A DNA stretch of 64,000 bases from the human T2T-CHM13v2.0 reference genome, Homo sapiens. Both the position numbers and the translations under genes were made by a program. The stretch lies in NCBI RefSeq assembly GCF_009914755.1, contig NC_060939.1; one strand, given 5' to 3'. The notes beneath the pieces were generated by a model that saw only the letters and a program-made list of their open reading frames with translations, was not told where the DNA came from and did no database searches. Shown piece by piece: positions 37,601 through 51,334 of the stretch. Each line of letters begins with the position of its first letter. Positions within the stretch are counted from its first letter, which is position 1.

Positions 37601-40600
37601 CCAGCTGCAGTCACGGTAGTGGGATTTATGCTTAACCTTTGTTACCCAGGGGAAGTAGTCAGCTGATGGGAAGTGACATGGAACTCTGAAAAGTCCCTGT
37701 TCTGCTACTAGGACAGGTAGAGGGGCAAAGCCGAGTGTGGGCTGGGTCAGGAAAGTCCATACTCTGCCTCTCCAAGTGTGGGTGTAAGCAGCAGCCACAA
37801 TGGGGATCAGTGGACAGTTCCCTGACCACTGGGATAGTGTTCCAGGGAGGAGAACACCCTCTGCCACATGAGAGTCTGTACATGGAGAGAGGGGTAGCAA
37901 GAGGCAGGTCAATTCCCACAACCTTGACACAGAAGGTCTTACACATGCAGACTTCTGCTGGCAAACACCCACAATAGCCAGCTAAGTCTCAGGCAGTCTA
38001 GGCTGAGAACACAAACCTGCCCCAGGCTGCAAGACTTCCCACTGGAGACTGAAACTGAAACGGTAGCTCTGAGGCCACACCCCTTGATTTGACATGTGAA
38101 GCAGCACTACCCAACTCCCATGACCCTGGCACAAGAAAGCTTCCTGCATGCCCCTTGGTTCAGGCCTTAAGGGGTTCATCCTCTGCTCAATATTAGATCA
38201 AATACAAATCTTAGTTGGTCAGCTTCTCCCTCAGTTGGGAGCTTCTTCCAGTGCATGACTGCTGCCTGGGTTACTTCGCTGATTTCTGCAAGATCTTCTG
38301 TGAGTTAGGGTCAGGAATAGCTTCCTTCTGTCCCTGCTGGGATCTGGGAGTGCACACGCAGCACACCCAGGTGCCACTCCTTCTTTCATGGTCCCCTCCT
38401 CTCTAAGTCAGCTCCAGTGCTGGGCAGGGTTAAGGTGCTTCCCTGTGACCTCGATTGCCTGGTACCCCAGTGGGAATGTATCACAGAGTCTCCCCCTTTT
38501 GCACTCTGAAGGCTCAGTTGTCCATCTGACACATGGTGCAAGTTGCTGCCTGCTGCTCCTTTCAAAGTATCCAAAGGTTCTTTCACTTCTTCTGCTGAGT
38601 TCCTGTGATTGTTGGATACAAATTCACAGTGTGAATCTCTAGACACTATTTTGCTCTTTCTAAGCAGGTGAGGCACACTAACAAAGTCTCCAATCTGCCA
38701 TCTTGAAAAAAAAAAAACAAACAAAACAAAAAATGCTCCACTTTATGAGCAGAATGTTTACCAAAAGTTATTTGGACCTTTCATCCTGAAAGTGTCTATT
38801 CTCCTCCAATAATCGTTATATTTATGCAGTCATTTTTGTCAGTATGCAAACATGGATATTTGTTTTACTCTTTCCTTCTACTACTTCATTTATTTGTTTA
38901 AATTGTTGCAGTGTTGGCTATTGGAAGGTCTTTCAGTTGGATCGTTTGTCATTTTGAAACACTACCATAATGAAGCTTTGCTATTGTTATGTGGTTGGTT
39001 AGTTGTTTGCACTGTTGTTTGGCATTTTATTTTTTCTGGCACTACTAGGTACTTAAGCTAATTGTGTGGATTTCCTAACAAGCCTGGTATTAACCACTTT
39101 TTTTTTCACAGAGACCTAGTTCTTTATATTGGAAAATTGAATTAGAAATGGAGATCTGGGCCCTTGACATATTCATTGCTCCTGGGGCATCTGTTGATTT
39201 GTGATTTTGTGTGGTGACAGAGCAAATACATCTGTGTATGCTGATTCACACACACACACACAGAGACACACGCACACATAAATATTTTATCATGTATCTG
39301 TATCTTTAAGTTAAATATGAATTCCTAATAATCCTCCAGCACCCCATGATCTAATCCAGTACCATGTGAATCAGTGCACCTATTCCCGCTTACTTGTATA
39401 TAGCCTACCACACTAACAGTGATAAAGATGCTTCTGTTATTTAATCACATAATCCGGAAGACTTGTGTAAGTGGTTTCAGAATTAGAAATGTATATGGCC
39501 ATGAGAAAGAACTTTACCAACTAAAGTTTTTAGGGATAAATCTTTACCCTTTAGACTCAGAATATCCACTTACTTGCTATGTTCCTTGGGTCAGCTGCTT
39601 TCCCCCCTCCATTCAGTGAGGTTATTTCACTGATGTGTTATTTAATTCTATTATGTGTATAGCCCCATGCTATCTGCTACCTACTGTAGAAGGTTTTCAA
39701 TTTGTATATTTTAAGTTCATTTTTTGTATTATAAAGTTATTTAGGATTTGGAAAATATAATCATGTATTTATCATTACAGTATGATGCCAGAATAATTTC
39801 ACTGCCTAGAGCAAATCTGCTGTACCTCACCAGTTTGACCTGCCTCTTTTCCAAGCTCCCAGTAAATACCAAACATTTTATTATCTCTCTACTTTTTCAC
39901 ATTGCAGAGTGTCACATGACCAAAATCACACAAAGTATTTTGCCTTTTTAAATTTACTTTTTTTTGCAATATACCCTTTAGATTTGTGAAGTGTGTCTCA
40001 TGGTTGTTTAGAGTTGCATTTTCCTAATGACAAAAGGCTTAGGCCTCATATCATGTGCTTACTAGACATGACTATAGTATCTTTGGATACATGTCTATTC
40101 AGATAGTTCACCAATTTGATTGTGATATTTGCCTTTTTATTTTGAGTTGTAAAATATTTTATATATTGTGGCTAATAGATTCTTTTCTGCTATGTGATTG
40201 TGAAGATTTTCTTCTATTCTTTGCATTATCTTTTTAATTTTAATTATGTACTTTGAGTCTCAGAAGATTTTAATTCTCACAAAGTTAAATATATTCATTT
40301 TTTTATTTCCTTTTCTTCGGCTTTAAGTATCATAACTTAGAAATTATAGGAGTTATTGTTTAAGCTAAGACCCAAATTATGTATTTCTGTATTATCTTCT
40401 AAGGGTTTGGTCTATTTAGCTCTTACATTTGGATATATGATTAATTTGAGCCAATTATGTATAAGATGTGAGTGAGAAGTTCAACTTGCTTGTGGATATT
40501 CAATTGTCCTAGCAACATTTGTTACAAATATATTTTTCCGTATTGAATTGGCTTGGCAACCTTATAAAATCATTTGACTATAAAGGTAAAGATTAATTTT

Positions 40601-41179
40601 TGGACATTCAGTTCTACTATATTCCTTTGATCTGTATGTCCAAGTTTATGCTATTATTGAGCCTTTAAATTAAATTATGATGATACTGAGTTTTTCATGG
40701 ATGCCCTTTGAAATAAAGAAACTTTTCTTATAGGCTTAATTTGTTGTATACTGTTATCAGAAATGGATTTTGGATTTGTCAGGTGCCTTTCCTGCATCTT
40801 TTGAGATGATCATATGGCTTTTGTTTTTTATTTTATTCTTATAGGTCATGACACTAATTATTTTATATGTTGAACCAAATTTGCATTTCTGCGACAAATA
40901 CCCTTTTTGATGGTGTATAATTCTTTTTACATTTGCTGATTTGTATTGCTAGCATTTTATTGAAGACATTTACCCTTTATTTATAAAACATATTGGCCTT
41001 AATTTTTCTTTCGTGAAATGTCTTGCTTTAGTTGTAATGTCAGTGTAAACTAACTAATAGTATACATCAGGAAGTGATATCTTCTCCACTTTTACTGTTA
41101 AGTTTTTATGAAGAGTTTGTGATAGATATTTATTAATTATTTTCAGGTTTGGAATAGTTCACCAGTGAAGTCATCTCAA

Positions 41180-41362
41180 CCAGCACAGGGCCTTGACTCC
41201 TAACAACAATCACACGAACTTGGAAGAGGAGCCTTCCCCACCTGAACCTTCACTTGAGACCTCGTCCTTGGCCATCCTCTACATCTGGATTCATGATACA
41301 GAGAAACTGTGAGTAAGAGCCACTTAGTGTGTGACAGTTTATTATTCAGCAATAAATAATAC
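41180..41362 (+). mobile_element. MLT1 3' fragment, landmark 3
   Basis: Paralogue of 1085-1278. Confidence 0.8.
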
Positions 41363-43532
41363 ACCTGACAGTCAATGCAATGTGGTATCCTGGACAGAAA
41401 AATGACATTTTTTACTTAAAAGCCTAGTAAAATATGGAAAAAGCCTATACTTCAATAAATAGTTTTGTGCCACCTATTTTTTAGGGCTCATGGTTACATA
41501 ATCTATTACATTGCATGTAATTCAAAGATATATAAAGCTTTCTGTAGTATCTTTGCATATTTCTGTGTATTTAAAATTATTTCAAAGAAAAAATGTGTTT
41601 GAAAAAAGTATAAAATGTGATATGAAAATAATTCCAAAGCACAAACAGAATACCTTCAGCTCAGGAGATGAAAGGGCACATAGAGAGAGAATAGCAAAGC
41701 ATACTTCCATATCAATTTACCAACTCCAACACAGGTACACTTGCTTCAGGCAGATCCCCCTCAAGTTCCAGAGACTAATCCTCTTTCATCTTCTTCATCA
41801 TATTCTGCATTTTTCAGTCACCAGTTTTAGCATCTGGTGCTAATTATGTAACCACTTTTTGAAAGACAGATGCCTGTTACTTGCATGTCTCAAAACGGCC
41901 CATTTTCAGATATTATTTAGCAGGACTCCAACAAACAGACCAGAATTTATTCAGAGCTTGCAGTGAGGAGTGTCTTAATGCCAACACGACTATGTTGACA
42001 ACACATCCTCTTGTGAGTGAAGCATTCATACAGAATCAGTCGCTGAAACTCAATAACATATGCCTACTGTACAAGAAGGGTACTAATCAATATAATGCTC
42101 TAAAATTATTCTGGGGACATAGGGGACATGTGTCCAAGATTTATGAGATGTGAGCAACCAAGAGAGCGTGAACACTGATATTTTACAAGTGCTCCAAATC
42201 AGTAGATGGGCATTTGATTTTCCAGTTAGGGCTGCAGTCAGGGTCTCTTGGCTTCAATACTGTACACGGAGAATTTCATTGACAGATCTTGGTTAAAATA
42301 ACAAAAATAATAACAACCCCTCATCTATGATATTGCAGCCTGGCACCATTTAACTTAATTTTACTGCATATAAATAGCAACCCTATACTCCATGCAAACT
42401 AGAATGGCAGTGGAATTGATGTAGTGAAGAAAGTGACAAATTATTTTCCAAATATAAAGCAAACTTAAGGTTTTATAGGGAAACAAATGGAGGTAAGAAT
42501 ATTTTTATCCTTATTTTTCTGATAATTCTGTTCTGCTCTTATAAATAGAAAGCTCCACTTTCATTATTTCATAATGTAGTGAGTTTATCAGCCACATGTA
42601 TGAAAATTGCATAGTAAAAGTAGGTTTGTGTCCACTTGGTTGGTTCATTCGACTTATATACATCATTTACTTTATCTCAAATGGTTATTATAAGATAAAA
42701 TGGTTATTTTGAGATAAAACCAAAGCCTTGGTTTTTGTACAACATGTAAAGGCGTCAGTCTTTGTGCAATATTAAATCTTCATTCAAGTAACTTTTCTTT
42801 GTGTCTTTGCCTTTGTTTCTGCGTTGCTCCTGTACTTCTGTGAACCATATTTCAGTGAGTAATGATGACAATAGCAGTCCAGTGTGCATGGATGCTGACG
42901 TGGATGCTGTCTCCCATTCTTACCACTGGATGGGAAGAAATGATAGATGCAATCCAGCCATTGTGTTCTCGACTCTCAGTTCCATCTTCTCAACTGACAT
43001 TGTCTTCCAAAGTCCGTGCCACACCACAGCCTGGAACATCTCCCAAAGTGGTATCTTGATGCAATGGTAGAGCTCATGTCACAGTATTGTATGTCTCAGG
43101 TATCGCTGTCCTTCACTGTTTGATATAATCTCTCTTACAAACCATTGTTCCATACACTTTGCCCCTTTTGTGTTTGTTTATACATGTGGTATGGCATGTC
43201 TAAACCTCACAGTGAGGATATTAGAATAGGGTTCTGCATATTTAGAGGTGTGGATCATTGGGAAACATCTTAGAACCTACCTGCCCCATCAGGTCCTGTC
43301 TAATCTGTATCAGTTTCTGGGTCTTCACTTATTTTTTTGCCCTTGATCTTAGTGAAAAGAACTTGTCAGGTGTTCCATAGGATGTATCACAATATGGATT
43401 TGTTATTTTTTTATAATTTGAGTAAGATTAAACATTAATTTATACACGTATTTATCTAATGTTGAAGACAAAAAATACCTGAACAATATATTATTTAGAA
43501 ATACAAATTTAGAAAATAATAATGAAGAACGA

Positions 43533-43692
43533 GGCTTGGCACAGTGGCTCATGCCTGTAATCCCAGCAATTTGGGAAGCTCAGGTGGGTGGATCACTTGA
43601 GGCCAGGAGTTTGAGCCCAGCCTAAGTAACATGGCGAAACCCCATCTCTACTAAAAATACAGAAATTAGCTGGGTGTGGTGGTGCATGCCTG
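43533..43692 (+). mobile_element. Alu left half truncated at a deletion breakpoint
   Basis: Ends at catgcctg with no tail, then jumps to L1M sequence paralogous to ~14940/40155/51270. Confidence 0.9.
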
Positions 43693-44632
43693 AATGTTTC
43701 ATATATTCTGGATAATAGTCTCCTAACAGTTATATGACTTGAGAATATCTTCTTCCATTATTTCAGTTGTCTTGATGGTGTACTTTGCATCTTAAGAGGT
43801 ATTGATCCACATGAAGTTCAATGTATCTATTTTTTTTTCTGTCACTTGTACTTTTGTGTCACATGTTAGAATCCATTGTTTCATGTAAGGCCATGAAAAT
43901 CTATTTTTATGTTCTCTTCTGTGGGATTTTTAGTTTTAGCTCTTATATTTAGCCACATATTCTATTTTGAGTCAAATACATATATGGTGCAGGAAACAGT
44001 TTAACTTGCATGTGGATATCCCTTTCTCCCAGCAACATTTGCTGAAAAACTACTTTCTCATCTTGAATTAATTTTTCAACCTTGAAAATAAGTTTGCCCT
44101 ATATATAAAGATTGATTTTGGGGTGCTCAACTCTATTCGGTTGGCTTATATGTCTTTCCTCATGTTATGTGAGTTTTCCATGGATGCTCTTTGTAGGTTT
44201 AGAAAGTTTTCTTCTATGCCTAACTTTCCCAGAGCTCTTATCATGAATGGGTTTGGAATTTGTCAAATGCCTATTCTGTGTCTTTAGAGGTGACCATGAG
44301 TCTTTTTAAAAAATTCTATTAGTATATTTTATAACACCAGTTGTTTTTGTATGTTTAACCAGACTTACATTGCAGGGATAAATAGTTTTGCTCCTAATGT
44401 ATACTCCTTTTTATATATTACTAGTTAATTTTGATAGTATTTCCTTGATACTTTTTACCTGTTTCACACTGGTCTGTAATTTTCTTTTCTTGAAATGTCT
44501 TTGTCTAGCTGTGGTGTCAGGGAACACTGGATTCATACATTGCATTAGGAAAAGTTCTCTACTTGTTTGTTTTTATTGATTGTTATTAATTCCCAAAAAG
44601 GTTTGAATAACTCACCAGTGAAGTCATCTTGA

Positions 44633-44818
44633 CCTGGACAGAAATTGAATCCTCCCGAGAATCCCAGGAGCTGGGTAGGTGATCCTTCCCCAGATGAGCC
44701 TTCCCTTGAAATCTCTGCCAGGCATCTGACCCAGAGAAACTGTAAGTACTATGTAGGGCTGGGTTGGAAAGTCTAAACTATGTAGTAATATGTTATACAA
44801 CAATCGGTCAGTTATATG
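44633..44818 (+). mobile_element. MLT1 3' fragment, landmark 4
   Basis: Paralogue of 1085-1278. Confidence 0.75.
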
Positions 44819-45687
44819 CCTGACAGTAAATGTAATGTGGTATCTTGGATTAGATCCTAGAACAGAAAAATGACACTAGTGGAAAAGCTGGTAAAATATG
44901 AAGAAAATCTTTTCCAGTTAATAGTTTTGTACCACTGTCAATTTCTGAGTTTTCATAAATATGCTATGGTGATATAAGGTGTTAACATTTCAGAAAGCTG
45001 TAGGATATATGAAACTCTATTATCTTTACTACTTTCTGTAAAACTAAAACTATGATAAAATAAAAATATTTCTTAAAATGTAATATTCAGGTACCAGAAA
45101 ATAAAACAACAATAACAAAGACAGATTTAAACCACAATAAAACCACAGATCAGAGGACAAATGGAGATATAGGGAGACTATGGCAAAGTAGCTTGCCTTA
45201 TTATCCCCCATTCCTACACAGGGCACCTGCTTCAGAAAGACACCATCAAGCTCCAGGGACACTCATCCACTTTCCTCTTTCCCATCACACTTCCCATTAC
45301 CCAGTTATCAATTCCTGTGTTCATAACCACTTTTTCAAGGAAAGACGCCTTTCTCACATATGTTAGAAGGCCCTGTTTTCAGGCACTTTCTGTCAGTGTC
45401 TTTGTAGGATCTCACTATAAAGACATTTTAGAAGACATGACTTCCAGATATTAGAAGAAAAGATTGAGAAACACCAGTGATGGTGAACATAAATAGTTCT
45501 GAATTAAGAGTGTTTTCTTAGTACAGGGATTCCTTTTATTCCCCAAGTTTTAAAGGAAGAGGATGCCTTAAGCCTTTGAGAAAATACTGTAATAATTCAG
45601 TTTTCTTCATCATGCAGACTCCATTATGGATTTATGGGACCACACATTCTCTTGACACTCACATCATGGATCTATATTGTCCTGTGG

Positions 45688-46043
45688 TATATTAATCTGT
45701 TCTCATGTTGCTGATAAAGACTTACCTAAGACTGGGTAATTTATAAAGGAAAGAGGTTTAACTGGCTCACAGTTGCACATGGCTGGGGAGGCCTCACAAT
45801 CATGGCAGAAGGGAAATGAGGAGCAAAGTCACATCCTACATAGTGGCAGACAAGAAAACTTGTGCAGGGGAACTCCCATTTATAAAACCATCAAATCTTG
45901 TGAGACTTATTTACTACCATGAGAATAGTATGAGGGAAACTGCCCCCATGATTCAGTTTTGTCCACCTGGCCCTGCCCTTGACACATGGGGATTGTTACA
46001 ATTCAAGGTGAGATTTGGGTGGAGACACAGCCAAACCATTTCA
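45688..46043 (-). mobile_element. THE1 solo LTR inserted in the exon paralogue of copy D
   Basis: gctgataaagacttacctaagactgggtaatttataaagg...ccaaaccatttca. Confidence 0.9.
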
Positions 46044-47829
46044 AGTGATAAACCCAAAAGCCACAGAATAGACATTATCATGGAGGAAAGTTAACTAGAT
46101 ATGAAAAAAGTTTATAATCATGGAGTTGTAGGTTCATTCCTGCTCAAAAAGACGTGGAAATGAACCTTTAGACAGACATCAGATATATGAAGGTGAGGCA
46201 TGTTAGTAATACAGATTGTGTTGTGCAGAGGTGGAAATAGCCTAATAGAAAAAAGGAAAGAAAGTATAACATACCCCAGCCCACCATGTAGTGATCTAAG
46301 AGATGGACAGAGGCCGAGTGCTGACTGTGCATATGTGCGGGCTAAACAAAGATCCCCACGGCAGGGAGGACTGTTCCCCTTCCCCAACACAGCTCCTTGT
46401 TCACAGGCCACACCACTTTACAGAGGAACACCAGGGATGTTCCAGGAACCATGCCCACAAAGCTTACTAAGCCATGGGACTGCATACTACACTCCCAAGG
46501 ACATCCACAAAGTCAAGACTCTTGCTTTTTCAGACCATGATCATGGACTGCATTCTCCATACCATGTTCATATCTTCAGTGGGAAAACAAACTCCTGAGT
46601 CCTGGAGACCTAGAATGAGAGACACAGCTGACCTTGACCGTATTTCTCACTTCTGAGAAGATTGTAGCAGTAATTCAGGTGCTATTATTTGGGGCATTTA
46701 TAATTCAGTAAACCTTCTTACCCCTCTAATCTTACAATTCACCCCATAGGAAAGGATAGTTTCATTTAAATTGGCAATCTTAAGTCATGGAGGTTTGCTC
46801 TTTTTATTTCATTATAACAGGAGTTTCTGTAAGGTAAGTGACTTGTACAATCCCGTTTTCCTCTTTATTTCAATGCATACATATGGTCTATTATGATGTG
46901 TACTGTTAAGATCATCCATGACCAAATTCTTCAGGAAAAAAAAATCACCAAGTGGCAGGCCATGAAGGAGACAGAAGTAGATTTGTAGAAGGACAGACTC
47001 ATCTCTAGGTGGCAAGAGGGTTGAGGAGCTCTGAGTGCTCAGGTTTAAGACTGGAAAAGTGATTAGACATGAAACTCTGCTACCATAATGTCCCAGGCAC
47101 AGAGGACACAGTGCTGAGCACTAAGCTCCTAAACATTACCATGAGTCTGGATTGGCTGAATCTGGATTGGCCACCAGAATTCTCAGAAAGATGCCATTGA
47201 AAACACCCCATCATCTGACCACATCCTTAGGCAAGAACCCAGTGCTGTCTCTGCCCTCTAGTCTGAATACTGAATCAAGTTTAAAGGGTGCATGACTCCT
47301 ACACTTGAGATTAGGGCTTCTTGTTCACTGAATTGAGCCCTAGTAGAAGCTGAAACTCTCGGTACAAATATGCTCAACATTCTAAATTATAAATTATAAG
47401 AGTTTCCTCTTCATTCAGTACACTATTTGGGGAACATCAAAGCCTGTTTCATTTTCTAAGTATCGACAAGCGGGGCTGACAAGAGTAACAAGTGGTCAGA
47501 GCAAGGCATTTCGTGAAAACAGCAATGCACAGGTGTCTGCAGTCCCTGCTTACAGTGAGATTCACATGACCATCGTTCATGGGATACGAAGGATAAAAGG
47601 GGAGGGAGAAAAAAATATGTAGTTGATCTGGATGAAGAATCGGATTTGAAAGCAACTTAGAATAATCTCTGCTTATATTTCTAAGATTAAGGCAAAAAGT
47701 CTCAAGATACAGGATTTTCTGTCTTCAGAGAGCTACACTCCGCTGCAAACTTTCAAGTAACACTTCACCATTTCTATCTTCCTTCTCCATGGGATCTTTG
47801 AGCCATAATTTATAAAATCACCTCTACAT

Positions 47830-48210
47830 CTCTTGTATTTTTGTTATGTTTAATAACCACTTGAGGTCTCTCTAGGGACAGTGACTATAAATTATCACCC
47901 TGCCCAACAGGACTTCAGGAAACTGTGTCCTGGATGTTTACAGTGTGCCTTTCATGGGATACTTATTTATCCTGGTGGATACCCCAAAGCATAAGTGTAC
48001 AATCTTTGACCCAGCATCCTTCTCACAGGATATTTGTTTATACCGTCAGACACCCTTGTTGCACTTGTCGGACCTGTGTCCACTCCATTCCCACCAAGGT
48101 AGCCACTATCTAGGAGAGCTCTGAGTTCGAAAACAGTTGAGTTCACATGTGTTGCTCGTGTGAGACACAGAGGAGGCAACTCAACAAAGCACAGGTATTT
48201 CTTGCAGTTG
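47830..48210 (-). mobile_element. ERV LTR-like fragment at the D/E junction
   Basis: LTR-like composition (ttgaggtctctct...gtttacagtgtgcctttc); absent from paralogues; family not identified. Confidence 0.5.
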
Positions 48211-49235
48211 GGGATCGTTGGGTACCATTGCAGGGTCTAACTGACACATTAGGTCTTCTCCAATCTGCAAGTTCATAGTCTTCACTTCTTTTTCTTGACC
48301 TTGACCCTGTTGAAGTGTACAGGTCAGATATTTTGTAAGATGTCCCACAATATGGATTTGTCTCATGATTTCTCATGATTAAACTAGGGACATGTATACA
48401 TTAAACACATGTCATCTAAGTTTGAAGACAAGAAAAACTAAACATTATGGATATTAGAAATATAAACATAGAGATAAATATAACAAACACAAATTAGAGG
48501 ATAAATAAATTCACAGTAATAGCGACCTTCAGTGATTAAGGAAGGTGATGAAGCTAAGGAGATCCATGAATGGCCATCAACATATTGCTCATGTTCTATT
48601 TTATAAGATCAGCAGTGACTTTAAATAAAAAGAAACTTTATACATTTAAGAATCATTTAGGGTTTACAGAATTGTTTTAAATACAGTACATAGACTTTCC
48701 ATATTTCCCACTACAGATGCTCTTTTTATTAACTTCTTAATTTAGGACATTTGTCACAATTAACCAATTTTAAACAGTATCATTATCCACTCTTCATAGT
48801 TTATTCACATTTTCTTAGTTTTCACTTAATGTCTAATTTCTATTCCAGGATCCCATCCAGGATACCTCAGCACAGTTAGGTATCATGTCTTCTTAGACTT
48901 CTCTGACTGTTGCAGTTTCTTAGAGTTTCCTAGTTTTTGATGACATTGACATTCCTAATGTGGGATTTCTCTGAGGTTTTTTTCATGTTAAGACTAGATG
49001 TGTGGGTTTAGGAGAGGAAGATGACAGAGGAAAGGTGCCATTCTCCTCACATCATACCAAGGGCACAGGCTCTCAACAGGCTTTATCATTGTTAATGTTA
49101 ATTTGATCACCTAGATGAGGTTGTTTTTATCAAATTATCAAACACTGTGAAATTATTATTATTTTTCCCTTTCCCCATAGAATGTTTCCAAACAAAGTCA
49201 CTAAAACAACACGCATTCAAGAAGTGGGGGTCATG

Positions 49236-49535
<300 letters not shown>

Positions 49536-50621
49536 GTGGGTATTCATGATCTACCTTCTTATTGGCAGAATGTCTACAAATATATTTGAACCCTCAACCA
49601 TAAACATGTGTCTATTCCATTACATATTTATTCATTTATACATAAATTATTTATATCATCATCTCAACATGGATGTTTATTTTACACTTTACATATGCTA
49701 ATTTATTTGATTGCTCAAATTGTTCCATGGTTGGCTATTGGAAGGTTTTTTAGTTGTCTCTGGTATAATTTTGAAATACCCACATAATTAAGGTTCAATG
49801 TTGTATGGTTGGTTGGTTTTGTTGTTGTTTAGCATTTTCTTTTCTTTAACCACTACTAGGTGCTCCAGGCTAACTGTGCATTTAATTGTACTGCAGGCTA
49901 ATTGTATGATTGTATAATTTCTACTAATGTTTCCAATACCATATGATCTAATCCAGCACCATGTGAATGATGTATGTAGTCTCTTACTCTCCCTGTGAAG
50001 AAGTTGATGCTGTTCACTTAATCGTACTACCTGAACATCCATGCAGAGTGGTTTCAGAACTGGTAACTTATACCCCAATGGGAGACAATTTTACCAAGTA
50101 AAGTACAGTACTTAGGTATAAATACTTTGGCTTTTAGCCTCAGAATGTCCACTTATTTCCCAAATTACTTAGGTCCATTGCTTTCCTCTACTTTCTTTAG
50201 TGAGGCTATTCCATACATTCATTACATAGTTATATTATTTTTTTGGGCATTCCTCCTTGGAAACCCTCTACCTACTAAATAAGGTTTTAAATTTGCATAA
50301 TTTAAATGCACTGTTTGTGTTATAAAGTTCTTCAGGATTCAGAAAACATTATTATTTATCCACCATTACAATATCAGAGAGAGTAATTTCACTGCCCCAA
50401 AGAAACCTCCTGTATTTCACGCATCCCACCTTCTCTTTCCCAAGCTCCTCGTTACCACTGAACTCTTTGCTATCACTATACTTTTTTTTCTTTTCTAGAG
50501 AGTCATGTAGGTGGAATTACACAGTATTTTGCCTTTTCCAACTTATATTTTGTCACATAGCAAGATACCTTTTAGATTTTTGAAGTATGTATCATGTTTT
50601 TTTAGACTTCCCTTCCCCTAT

Positions 50622-51144
50622 TGTTGCAGGACAGGTGATCCCCAAATTTGGGGCTTCAGTGAAGGGTTCTTGGCTTTGCCTGGGAAAGTATTTAAGGGCA
50701 AGCCAGTGGTGATGGACAGAAATGGTTTATTGAACAGGACTGCTTCTTAAAGAGCAGGGCTAATTCATAGACATTGCATCGGTTGGTAACCTATGGGCCC
50801 TTGTCAACTATCTTTACACTAAGGTACACCCACTTTCAATTACATGTAAATTGAGGGGTGGATCAATGAAACTTGATGGGCAGGTTATTCAGAACTTTCC
50901 AGGACAGGAGTGGTAATTTCTGGGTTGTTGCCATGGAAAGAGGTGGTAAATTCTGGGTTGCTGGCATGGAATTTGTAAACAATCATGGCGCTGGAGGGAA
51001 TGTCTCATGCCAGTGAGCAATGAGGACAACCAGGAATCCCTGTGTCTCTTTTTGCCAGTTTCTTCACTGTATGCTGTCTGGACCAGATCTTGTTTTGATC
51101 AGCAGGGTTGTGACTAGGAAACAACTTGCCGGTGTCCTACCTCA
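50622..51144 (-). mobile_element. Solo ERV1 LTR (MER66-like)
   Basis: Minus strand begins tgaggtagga...gtcacaaccctgctgatcaaaacaagatctggtccagacag; splits the ccctaatgac site seen intact at ~14806 and ~40022. Confidence 0.75.
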
Positions 51145-51334
51145 TAATGGCAAAAGACATTGAGTGTCTTTTCATGTGATTTGGATATGACCATAGCTTT
51201 TCTGGAGAATTGGGTATTTGAATAATTTCCATTTTTGATTGAGACATTTGCCTTTTTATTTTTGAGCTCTAGGATGTTGTCATATATTATTAACAGTAGA
51301 CCATTATCACCTATAAAATTTGCAAATATTTCGT

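Larger units (their letters stand above)
33091..38732 (-). mobile_element. L1PB/L1MA-type element with 3' end and 5'UTR but internal deletion, interrupted by a 3-kb insert
   Basis: 3'UTR from ~33100, ORF2 3' part 36623-37525 ([23 protein letters not shown]), GC-rich 5'UTR-like 37526-38705 starting aagatggc on the minus strand; approximate TSD atacaccact/atgctccact. Confidence 0.75.
43250..48220 (+). repeat. Copy D of the tandem unit (internally deleted)
   Basis: Landmark ttagaacctacctgccccatcagg at 43270; MLT1 piece at 44633; core 45150-47820 matches 20770-23130. Confidence 0.85.

Noticed and set aside
46200-46598. Shared peptide PPCSDLRDG in ORFs 21463-21693 and 46200-46598
   Set aside because: Explained by DNA paralogy; starts, stops and frame are not conserved, and the region is deleted in E.
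47449-47820. Faint TRIM coiled-coil/PRY-like look of the minus-strand translation of the core
   Set aside because: Not supported by the paralogous frames in A, B and E; it would need a profile-HMM search of a reconstructed consensus.
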